IMG/VR virus record: IMGVR_UViG_3300006638_000001 | Coordinates: 1 to 45,520 of that record | Reading direction: 5' to 3' (one strand) | From: a virus | Length of the DNA stretch: 45,520 bases | Part shown: positions 32,355-40,226 of the stretch, one piece after another | Layout: each line of letters opens with the position of its first letter | Numbering within the stretch: position 1 is the stretch's first letter | Notes under the pieces: generated by a model | What the model was told of the DNA's origin: nothing | Database searches by the model: none | What the model saw: only the letters and a program-made list of their open reading frames with translations | Made by a program: the position numbers and the translations under genes

Positions 32355-34031
32355 TTATCGCGCTTGTTGTGGCTGCGGCGGTGCCGATGGTTGACCGTTC
32401 TGAGTTGGCTGTGCAGCGGATGCCGCCTGTTGCGCTTGGTCACTACCCGCTTTGATTGCGGTAGGGCCAAGCTTCTGTGCCAGCTCGTGTTGCTGTTGCT
32501 GATTGACTTGCTGTTGCACGGCATCATCACTCCGGATCAATCCGGTCATGTCGATACCAAGCGCGGTGCCGCGACGCTTGAGGTAGCCGCCCACGTCCAC
32601 ATACTGTGCAACCACGGGTGGCCCGAAGTTCTGAGCAAGTCCTTGGAGCAGTACGTCTAGGCGCTGGAGGTCGGCATTGCGACCGAGTGCTTCCAGTCCT
32701 GTGACAATCGACGGGTTGACTGCCTGCTTCGGGAGCACTGGCAGCTTACGCTCGCGCTCCATCTGTGCCATCATGACCGACACCAGCGGACGCTGAAATT
32801 CTTCACCTAGGATGGAGTAAAAGCCACCGAGTCCCATTTCAAGGGAGTTGGCAAGGAGACGAATCTCCTCGGCTGTAACACGCTCAGCGTCTCGCTGTAC
32901 TGCGGTGTCGAGTAAGAATGCTTGCTCTAACCTGTGTTGGATTCCGTCTGCTACTTCCTTGGTAACTTTGAAGTCGTTGTACTTATCAAGAGTTACCGCG
33001 CCAACATCTTCTTTGTCGCCATCCAAGACATCGCCACTACGTGCAGCCGCAAGTTTGTTCTTGTCTGTGAGGCCATTCTCTTTGACGAGATAGACAACCT
33101 TGGCGGCAACAACGGAGAACCGGACGACGGCTTCGGTGAGGGACTCCAGAGATGACATGTCACCTTGGTACTCTTCAACGAACCCGCGGCCATAGTCTTC
33201 GTTCGTGATGTGTGTGAATCGAAGTGGAAGCCAAGGGGTCTTGTCGAGTGGGTATGTACCCTGAGTGTCGGGCACGATCTTTCCGCACGCCTCTTGATAC
33301 ACTTCCCACGTCTGCACGCCGGTGTCTGATTCTTTCCGTGACACGCGGGTGTACAGGTCGATTGTCTTGTCTGGGCTCGCGTCGTTCGCTTCCACAGCGT
33401 CGTTCGCTTCCACGATGGCGAGCACTTTGGGAGGCAACGACATCCGACTGAGCGACTGCTTGACGACTATCTCCAGCACGTTGCCAGACATGTCGCGCTT
33501 GACGACGTAGTTACTGAGCATGTGGAGCTGGAGCTTGCCAGATGGCAGCACTTGCACCAAGCCATTGCCGGCGACGAGGAGCTGCTTCAACGCTTCAAAC
33601 ACAATGGTCCGAGCGCCTACTTGCTCCAGCCGATTACACACGGCACGCTCAACGCGGCCAAGGGCTTCCTCCAGCGCACCGCGGGCGTCGTCGCCCATCT
33701 GCGGGTTGGCTTGGAACTTCTGAGCCAGCTTCGCCACAACAAAGTCATCCAGCGTGAGCCGGAAGAAACTAGAGCCGGGTGGCAGGAGAGCGAGCAGTAG
33801 CTTGGAAGCTAGGTTGTTGACCCCACGAGCACCTACGCTCTGGAATGGAGTCTCGTACATCGTTCCGCCATTCGCACCCTCCGGGGGAAACAGTCCGGGG
33901 ATCGTGTAAGCAGAAGCGGTACGCGCACGCAGCAGGTACGGCGCACGCGATGCTTGCAAGGAATCGTACCGCCCTTGCGCGGTCATTACTTGTGTCAGGC
34001 CAGAATCGGCAAGACTTTTCTTCTTGGTCAT
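32355..34031 (-). CDS. Portal (head-tail connector) protein, T7 gp8-like
   Basis: Start chosen at MTKKKSLADSG. ..SRAPYLLRARTASAYTIPGLFPP..YETPFQSVGARGVNNLASKLLLALLPP compares with T7 gp8 ..DRAPYETRAQNCAQYTIPSLFPK..YQTPWQAVGARGLNNLASKLMLALFP. Confidence 0.93.
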   Translation of the reverse strand: MTKKKSLADSGLTQVMTAQGRYDSLQASRAPYLLRARTASAYTIPGLFPPEGANGGTMYETPFQSVGARGVNNLASKLLLALLPPGSSFFRLTLDDFVVAKLAQKFQANPQMGDDARGALEEALGRVERAVCNRLEQVGARTIVFEALKQLLVAGNGLVQVLPSGKLQLHMLSNYVVKRDMSGNVLEIVVKQSLSRMSLPPKVLAIVEANDAVEANDASPDKTIDLYTRVSRKESDTGVQTWEVYQEACGKIVPDTQGTYPLDKTPWLPLRFTHITNEDYGRGFVEEYQGDMSSLESLTEAVVRFSVVAAKVVYLVKENGLTDKNKLAAARSGDVLDGDKEDVGAVTLDKYNDFKVTKEVADGIQHRLEQAFLLDTAVQRDAERVTAEEIRLLANSLEMGLGGFYSILGEEFQRPLVSVMMAQMERERKLPVLPKQAVNPSIVTGLEALGRNADLQRLDVLLQGLAQNFGPPVVAQYVDVGGYLKRRGTALGIDMTGLIRSDDAVQQQVNQQQQHELAQKLGPTAIKAGSDQAQQAASAAQPTQNGQPSAPPQPQQAR

Positions 34032-34090
34032 TCTGCTTGGCCTGTGTCCTAATAAGGTTCTTCGCACTATGTGGGAGGACTGGCGCCGGA

Positions 34091-34273
34091 CTACAGCACC
34101 GTCAGCGATTGTTCTTTAGCCAGTGCCCGTAGTGTTTGGATGACATCCTGTCGTCCAACTGCGATCCAGATTTCTCGTTCGGAGTCGCCTATGTTCGGGC
34201 ATCGGTTAGGGATCACGCTGGACAGCCAGTCAACCAGCGATTGATCGACAGGGGGTTTCTTTCTGTCTGTCAT
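34091..34273 (-). CDS. Hypothetical protein (60 aa) preceding the portal gene
   Basis: The ATG lies 7 nt downstream of promoter motif 34280. No motif recognised. Confidence 0.45.
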   Translation of the reverse strand: MTDRKKPPVDQSLVDWLSSVIPNRCPNIGDSEREIWIAVGRQDVIQTLRALAKEQSLTVL

Positions 34274-34662
34274 ACGTGCGTCCGTAGGGAAGGGTCATTG
34301 ATTCTGGTTCGGCCTAGATATGGCGACTCGTATGGATTGGCAAAGACGAATAGTGGATGGAGCCACACCACTTGCCGAACCCTGTGCGTCACGGCCAGAT
34401 TGCTACGGCGTGTCTGTTTCGTTTTGACCAAGCCCGCAGCCGGCGGCACGGAGCCCAAGTAACTGAGCTGGCGTCCGCTTTCGTATCCGGTCAAGATGCC
34501 TTTTCGGAATGCTTCAAGTCGAACGTCCGATACTGTGATGCCCTTGGTGCCTGCTGCATACGCCAGCGTCTCAGCGATCTTGGCCAGACGTTCGATCATG
34601 CCAAGGTTGGCACTGGCCTGCTGACGGGGCCGGTACTCAGTTGCGTTCTGTGTGCTGCTCAT
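34270..34662 (-). CDS. Hypothetical protein (130 aa)
   Basis: ORF overlapping the upstream stop by 4 nt. Its C-terminal codons overlap the promoter motif. Confidence 0.55.
   Translation of the reverse strand: MSSTQNATEYRPRQQASANLGMIERLAKIAETLAYAAGTKGITVSDVRLEAFRKGILTGYESGRQLSYLGSVPPAAGLVKTKQTRRSNLAVTHRVRQVVWLHPLFVFANPYESPYLGRTRINDPSLRTHV
34280..34303 (-). promoter_or_regulatory. Phage-RNAP promoter-like motif (class A) at the head of the structural module
   Basis: Minus strand AATCAATGACCCTTCCCTACGGAC. It overlaps the 3' end of CDS 34270..34662. Confidence 0.6.
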
Positions 34663-34994
34663 CTGTTGTCTCTCCTAATGGGTGGTGGGTAAGGCTTCAA
34701 AGCATCTACGTACATCATTCCGAGCAGCTCAGTAGCGATTGCAAATTCCCAAAGCGAACCTCTCGCTGTCGGGGCATCCCAGCCGGGGAGTAGTGCGATC
34801 ACATCACACGCCATGAGCAGAACCACATCATTTTTGCAGTACGTCAGGTACGGCAGCGTGGCATCGCCATTGAATGACTCTGCTGGATTCGCCACACTCC
34901 ACCCCATGTCACGCCATGCTGCTGCTGCTGCATGGAACGCTGGGAAATTGCACTCGGGGAGCCCGGTCATCGGGCCGGCTATATAGACCCTCAT
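34659..34994 (-). CDS. DUF4406 / nucleoside 2-deoxyribosyltransferase-like protein
   Basis: Start at MRVYIAGPMTGLPECNFPAFHAAAAAWRDMGWSVANPAE, with GAGG 7 nt upstream. The pattern IAGPMTG..NF..F......G..V.NP is typical of that family as I recall it. Confidence 0.6.
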   Translation of the reverse strand: MRVYIAGPMTGLPECNFPAFHAAAAAWRDMGWSVANPAESFNGDATLPYLTYCKNDVVLLMACDVIALLPGWDAPTARGSLWEFAIATELLGMMYVDALKPYPPPIRRDNR

Positions 34995-35127
34995 CGGAAA
35001 CCTCGTCCGACACGCAGTGTGATCGGCCCAACGGAAACCCACCACTGCTTGGTGTACGTCAGTCGGTCGATTCCTACCGCCCAATTATTCAGGTCCAGCG
35101 GATTCCAGAAGTAGATGTGGAAGTACT

Positions 35128-35529
35128 TCATGCGTCCTCCCCTTCATCCAGAAACACCCGGTCGTCGAACTGACCGTACAGGTGTGGCCGGAGCACAGAG
35201 TACATCACGAGGAACATGATGCCGCACGCTGCGTGGAACAGGTGAGACAGTTTGGATTCAAGGTCATACTCCTCACCCATGTACCATGCCGTGAGATGGC
35301 GCTGCACCCCACCATACACAGTCGTCCAGCTCATGCCGCGGAGCCAGTTGTTAGCTGCGTACTTCTCGCGGCCATAGCCCAGCACGCGAGCGATGCCTAC
35401 GATGAAGCCGGGGACGATCAATTCAAGCGGGAGCTTTGCTACAAACATGCACCCCTTCACACCGCCGCCATCAATGTCGCCAGTGTAGTCCTCGACCTCC
35501 GGCACTACTTCATTCTTTCTGGTTGCCAC
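35128..35529 (-). CDS. dATP/dGTP pyrophosphohydrolase-like (DUF5664-type) protein
   Basis: 133 aa. ..LGYGREKYAANNWLRGMSW..VYGGVQRHL..W..GEEYD.ES..SHL.HA.C..MFL resembles the recalled phage dNTP diphosphohydrolase domain. Confidence 0.5.
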   Translation of the reverse strand: MATRKNEVVPEVEDYTGDIDGGGVKGCMFVAKLPLELIVPGFIVGIARVLGYGREKYAANNWLRGMSWTTVYGGVQRHLTAWYMGEEYDLESKLSHLFHAACGIMFLVMYSVLRPHLYGQFDDRVFLDEGEDA

Positions 35530-36305
35530 GGTATTACCTCCGCTTTCTTAAAGTCATATTCAGTGTGCCGGCATATCCGGGCCACCTGTGCGTTCATCAG
35601 TGCCACGTCTTCACTCAGTCCTGCTTTCTCATAAGCCGTCACTATCGCAGCCCACGCATCGGCTCCGGTGAGGTCGCCAAGTATCTTCTCTGCTTTCACA
35701 GGTCCAATGCCGGGGCAGCCGGGGTATCCGTCAGTGGTATCCCCTGTCAGCGTTTGCATCAGGTGGTAGTGATCGGCTTCCGCCGATGTAACCGTGCGTA
35801 CGCTTTCTATGAATGACAGCGTTGGGTTGTCCTTGCGTGCTTTCTGGACAGCCCCGTAGTTACATAGGTCGCCGGGGATTGTCTGCATGTCCTTGTCGAG
35901 CGACACGATGATCTTCTCGTCGGCCTTCACCAAGTGCGGGTGAGTGGCGAGGATGCCGAGGATGTCGTCACCCTCCAGACCGGGCCGCTGATACACTACA
36001 TACTTCTCAGCTACGTACTCACGCATGGCCTTGTAGCAGACCGGCTTGCGTGTCTTGACGCGAGCGTGCTTGTACGTGGCCATGATGGACTTGCGCCAGT
36101 TGGCCGTATCCGTGATGGCGACGATCACACTGTCTGCTTGTAAGTCATTGAGCACACCTTCCAGCGAACGATTGAAGTGCTCGGCACACGCATCGAAGTC
36201 TGCGTGCAGCGTCCACAGCCAGTCGTCCCACTGCGTCTCGTACTCGTTGGCGGCGGTTGCGGCGAAGATGAACGTGTCGCCGTCTATGAGGGCTACGCGG
36301 GTCAC
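35505..36305 (-). CDS. 5'-3' exonuclease (T7 gp6-like, FEN/PIN + H3TH)
   Basis: GTG start forming a GTGA overlap with the ligase stop. LIDGDTFIFAA, NWRK, LEGDDILG, SLDKDMQTIPG, GDTTDGYPGCPGIG are colinear with T7 gp6 (VMDGDWLVFQA, NWRK, LEGDDVMG, SCDKDFKTIPN, GDITDGYSGIAGWG). Confidence 0.88.
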   Translation of the reverse strand: MTRVALIDGDTFIFAATAANEYETQWDDWLWTLHADFDACAEHFNRSLEGVLNDLQADSVIVAITDTANWRKSIMATYKHARVKTRKPVCYKAMREYVAEKYVVYQRPGLEGDDILGILATHPHLVKADEKIIVSLDKDMQTIPGDLCNYGAVQKARKDNPTLSFIESVRTVTSAEADHYHLMQTLTGDTTDGYPGCPGIGPVKAEKILGDLTGADAWAAIVTAYEKAGLSEDVALMNAQVARICRHTEYDFKKAEVIPWQPERMK

Positions 36306-36880
36306 GCTGCTGCTCCCTTGTGACCGTCGCCGCCGAGCGTAACCTTGTACAGATGCCCACCCTTCTCGTGGAACACAACGACACCTTCCGGCTGCATGAA
36401 GCCTGGTGCCGCTACGCTGCCCCATGTCTCCAGATAGCGTAAGGATTCCTCTACATCATTCGTTGAGAAGTTCTCCAGGTAGCCAAGTACGGGAACGACG
36501 TGAACGCACGCCGGCATGTCGATTGGCTCAGTGACAAAGTTCTGGTTCCACTTACTCACGTTGAACAGGGACCAACGCTTCTCACTCAAGCCGTAGCCGC
36601 GGGCAATCCCTTGGCCCCACCACTCACCGTAGTGCCGGCCAACGCCGAGCTTGCGCAGTTCCTCCTCGTTGTCACGCACCCATGCGGCGAAGCCGTAGTT
36701 GTCCGTTGTCTTGCCTGGGGTGATCCAGCGGTTGCGTGAGCCGGCGCGCACCGTGCCATCCTCACTGATCTCCACGAGGCCGTTTGTACCATCCAGCTTC
36801 TCAGTGATGATGATTGGACGGAACAGACGGGGAATCGGGGAGAACTTCGGATATGGTGCTACTGCTGCTGCTTCCTCCAT
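36302..36880 (-). CDS. ATP-dependent ligase, nucleotidyltransferase domain only (Rnl2-like RNA ligase family)
   Basis: 192 aa. Motif I TEKLDGTNG (KxDG), motif III-like YGEWWG, motif IV EGVVVF, motif V-like LYKVTLGGDGHK. No OB domain. Confidence 0.65.
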   Translation of the reverse strand: MEEAAAVAPYPKFSPIPRLFRPIIITEKLDGTNGLVEISEDGTVRAGSRNRWITPGKTTDNYGFAAWVRDNEEELRKLGVGRHYGEWWGQGIARGYGLSEKRWSLFNVSKWNQNFVTEPIDMPACVHVVPVLGYLENFSTNDVEESLRYLETWGSVAAPGFMQPEGVVVFHEKGGHLYKVTLGGDGHKGAAA

Positions 36881-36908
36881 TGCCTTCTCTCCTTATATGA
36901 ATGAGAAA

Positions 36909-36939
36909 GCGGCCCGATCCGTTAACCAGACCGAGCCGC
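36909..36939 (-). terminator. Stem-loop (terminator or RNA-processing site), paralogous to 18444..18475
   Basis: Minus strand GCGGCUCGGUC-UGGUUAACG-GAUCGGGCCGC (11 bp, 2 G.U) followed by UUUCUCAUUC. It lies between the phosphoesterase and ligase genes. Confidence 0.45.
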
Positions 36940-37021
36940 CAAGATTTTGCCCAGATACTCATTGCACGCAGCGCAGAAGTAGCGCCATATGCTGTCATGT
37001 TCTTCGCCACACCATGCGCAC

Positions 37022-37909
37022 TTACGCACGGTAGACTTCGCCCCGCCACACGCCCATGCCCTCGTGTATGTAGATAGGCTCCACGGACACCGCGCCTGTA
37101 GTTGGCTCGAATGTCAATACGACACAGCCCTGTTCCCAGTTTGGATCAACAACGTATTCGGGATCAAGCCGTGCAGTTGTGCCTGTCTCTACCCACACGT
37201 GACTACCGTTTGCATCGCGCCGATAGAACACACCTAGCCTATGTGTGTGCCCCGACGCACCGCTCTTTCCGTACTTCTCATGTTCTCCGGCTGCGGTGTA
37301 CGCGCTCTTGCTCCGCACCAACGAGCCATGTTTCAAGATGAACTTGGGCAGCAGGTGCTTCTTAGACTGCTCGCCGTACTGGTAGAACTCGCAATGCAAG
37401 CTCTCCAGATCAAGCAGCTTGGGCCACGTTATCGCTTTCTGGAAGGCCGTCAGCTTACCGAGCTGAGCTGCTGGCCCATCCATCTGCCACATGGCCCGCT
37501 GCATACGGTTTTCATGATTACCCTCAAGAAATATCATGCGACTGTTGGGACTAATCTTTCTGGCTTGTGCCAAGTGCGCGCGTGCCATGTTGATTTCATC
37601 TTGCAGACTTTCCTTTCTCGCTGGGTCTTTATCGAACCGAGACAAGGAGTACGCATCGCACAAATCCCCCATGTGGACCATGACTGTTGGCTGGAGCCGC
37701 TTCAAGACACCAAACACAACTGCTATGGCGCTATCGTCTTGGCTCGGGAAGTGTGTGTCCCCCCACAGTAATGCAGTAATCATCTTGCCCTTACGTGGAG
37801 CAACCGGCTTGTCGAACTTCACCGCGAACGGACGCACCGGAACTGTTAACAGTCCGGTAGGCGTCGGCAAGTATGGTGATTCTGTGTCGTCTAGTGTACG
37901 TCGCGCCAA
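37022..37909 (-). CDS. Calcineurin-like metallophosphoesterase
   Basis: 295 aa. Motifs WGDTHFP, HMGDLCD, EGNHE and GHTH occur in canonical order. Confidence 0.8.
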   Translation of the reverse strand: MARRTLDDTESPYLPTPTGLLTVPVRPFAVKFDKPVAPRKGKMITALLWGDTHFPSQDDSAIAVVFGVLKRLQPTVMVHMGDLCDAYSLSRFDKDPARKESLQDEINMARAHLAQARKISPNSRMIFLEGNHENRMQRAMWQMDGPAAQLGKLTAFQKAITWPKLLDLESLHCEFYQYGEQSKKHLLPKFILKHGSLVRSKSAYTAAGEHEKYGKSGASGHTHRLGVFYRRDANGSHVWVETGTTARLDPEYVVDPNWEQGCVVLTFEPTTGAVSVEPIYIHEGMGVWRGEVYRA

Positions 37910-39753
37910 GTAGCCCCCAGCTTCGCCTCACCCGTAAGGGGACAGCGAAAGTGAAAATGTTGTGTCATGTGTTCAATGGAAGCGATTGCTATTGCACCTG
38001 CTTCCTCTGCTATCTCGTCGCGCACTGCGACCTCTATCTCATCGTGGACCCACAAACATGCAGCCCACTTGCCGTCCCACCCCTGCGCACCAAACCGCTC
38101 CGTCATACGCCGGTTGAACTCCACGATCCATCTCTTACAGATCACAGCACCCGTGCCTTGTAGTAACGAGTTGAGTGCCGCATGTTCTGAGCGGATGAAC
38201 GTGAGTCGTCCGTCAATGAGCTTGAGGTATCCATTCTTCTTGGCCGATTCTTTTACCGCATCGGTCAGGTATGCCATAGCTGGAAGATTCTTGAGGAACT
38301 TCTTCCGCAGCTTTGCGCCAGCTACACTCTGCTGGTCGGGTGAACCGAGTGGCAGAATGATGGAGCCCAGCTTTTGATTTCCTGCGCCATAGAGGAATGC
38401 GTAACAAAATGTTTTCGCTATATCACGCCCTTCCTTCCCCTCCAGTCCGAGCGCATCCCTGTTGACCGCATGCACGTCACCATTGAGAATGACATCGACG
38501 TATGCACCGCCGTCATACTTCGCCATGTAGTGTGCCAAGCATCGCAGCTCCAGCCCACTAGCATCAGCGCCGAGCATCTTCCATCCCCGTGGGACAGTGA
38601 ACAGCTCACGGCACTCAGGACCATACGGGCTCGTCACCTTTGGCACTTGCCCAAGGTTTGGATGCATGTGTGCGCCGCGGCTCGTCACCGTACCACATGA
38701 TATGATTGATCCGTGGATGTGATACGCGCCAGTTATTGCGCCGCCTTGCGCGCCATCTTTGGTCGCATACTTGAGCCACGCCTGCTTGCCTTCGGACAAC
38801 TGCCCGAGTCGTTTGGACACAAGCAGACATTCGACCAGCTCCGGCAGCGCTGGGAAGTCCAGACCTTTCAGCGTGGCGTCGTTCATCTCCGGCTCGCCAC
38901 TCTCTGTGAACTCCGTCGGTTGCCAGCCATACAGTGCAGTGAGACGATTCGCTATGTGCTGCCGCGACTTCGGGTTGAACGTGATGGTTTTCTTCTTGAT
39001 GACCGGAACGCCCTTCTTGTATCCGAGAGTCCTGTTGTCGCGCTTAGGAGTGAACGGTTTACAGTCCACTTCCCACGAACCGAACACGTCGGCCAGGATT
39101 GACTCTAGCTCCGCACGCCGGCCAGCCAGAGTTGCGGCCAGAGTCGTTGCTTTAGCCATGTCAAAGGGCACACCATTTCTTTCTTGCTGTGCCAGATACC
39201 AGCCGAGCTGGTGTTCGGTGTCTATTGCTTCGGGAGAAATCTTCTGCTGACGGAGCATGTTCACCAGCTTCACCGTCACAGCAATGTCACCAACGCAATA
39301 GGCTGACATCTCCGGCGTCCACACGGCCCAATCAGTTGACTTTCCGTAGTCACCTTTACGCAGACCAAGACGATAGCCCCAAGCCTCAAGGCTGTGGCGA
39401 CCAATCAAGTTTCCGGGGAGTTTGTGCTGGCGCCAGCGTTTGAAGTCGGATTCTTTTATGTGCGCGAACCGCAAGCGTGCCATCAACAGTGTGTCACGTA
39501 CCTTGGACTCATCAAGGGTGAACGACGGATATACTTTGCGCAATGCGGGTATGTCGAAGTTGATCCCGTTGTGCCAATAGCTACGCTCCGCAGCCTGCAC
39601 GATGCGCAACCCCTCTGCGATTGGGACATAGCCCGGCTGATCTGCACAAGACAAAACTGCCCCGTCATCTAAACTGTGGATGGCGAGGCAGTGAATGGTT
39701 GTGAGCTGGTCAAGCAGGCCGTTGGACTCAAGATCACACACTATGTGACGCAT
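37891..39753 (-). CDS. Family A DNA polymerase with 3'-5' exonuclease (T7 gp5-like)
   Basis: 620 aa. Exo I VCDLESNGL, Exo II HNGINFDIPAL, motif A GADASGLELRCLAHY, motif B RDIAKTFCYAFLYGAG, motif C WVHDEIEV. Confidence 0.95.
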   Translation of the reverse strand: MRHIVCDLESNGLLDQLTTIHCLAIHSLDDGAVLSCADQPGYVPIAEGLRIVQAAERSYWHNGINFDIPALRKVYPSFTLDESKVRDTLLMARLRFAHIKESDFKRWRQHKLPGNLIGRHSLEAWGYRLGLRKGDYGKSTDWAVWTPEMSAYCVGDIAVTVKLVNMLRQQKISPEAIDTEHQLGWYLAQQERNGVPFDMAKATTLAATLAGRRAELESILADVFGSWEVDCKPFTPKRDNRTLGYKKGVPVIKKKTITFNPKSRQHIANRLTALYGWQPTEFTESGEPEMNDATLKGLDFPALPELVECLLVSKRLGQLSEGKQAWLKYATKDGAQGGAITGAYHIHGSIISCGTVTSRGAHMHPNLGQVPKVTSPYGPECRELFTVPRGWKMLGADASGLELRCLAHYMAKYDGGAYVDVILNGDVHAVNRDALGLEGKEGRDIAKTFCYAFLYGAGNQKLGSIILPLGSPDQQSVAGAKLRKKFLKNLPAMAYLTDAVKESAKKNGYLKLIDGRLTFIRSEHAALNSLLQGTGAVICKRWIVEFNRRMTERFGAQGWDGKWAACLWVHDEIEVAVRDEIAEEAGAIAIASIEHMTQHFHFRCPLTGEAKLGATWRDVH

Positions 39754-40226
39754 AAGTCTCCCTTGCTGTTGTTCTCCCAGGCCGTAAGAACTTGTAAGTT
39801 CCCAGCCTCATGCTTGCCACCTTTGCTCAGCGGTACGATGTGATCCACCTGATGTGCAACTCCGGTTTCTCTAGAAAGCCGGCGCGCCTCCGCATAAAAC
39901 GAGATGCACGTAGCGGGCGTATATGTTTCACCTATTACTGCACCCCGCTTCACGGCCAAAGCACGCCCCTGACTTGCCGCCCAGGCGTCTGGATTCCGGC
40001 GCCTCCATATGCGTACAGACGCGGTGGAAGGAGAATTGGTTCGGCGCCTCCACTCTTTGGTCCAAGCTATGGTACGCCGCCTCTGACAAATAATGCAATT
40101 TCGTGTCGCTACATGCCGTTCTGCAATATGCCCGTGCTTACAGGGCTTCCCTGTGAAATAGCGTCGGCTTCCAAAAGCAATAGCCTCAGCCCTAGTCATC
40201 ACCCCGAGTGCAGTATCAGAAATCAT
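39741..40226 (-). CDS. Free-standing HNH homing endonuclease with an N-terminal YFTGKPCxHGH zinc ribbon
   Basis: Start chosen at MISDTALGV (ATG 40226), overlapping the primase-helicase stop by 11 nt. HNH block HQVDHIVPLSKGGKHEAGNLQVLTAWENNSKG. The 3' end overlaps the DNAP start by 13 nt. Confidence 0.8.
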   Translation of the reverse strand: MISDTALGVMTRAEAIAFGSRRYFTGKPCKHGHIAERHVATRNCIICQRRRTIAWTKEWRRRTNSPSTASVRIWRRRNPDAWAASQGRALAVKRGAVIGETYTPATCISFYAEARRLSRETGVAHQVDHIVPLSKGGKHEAGNLQVLTAWENNSKGDLCVT

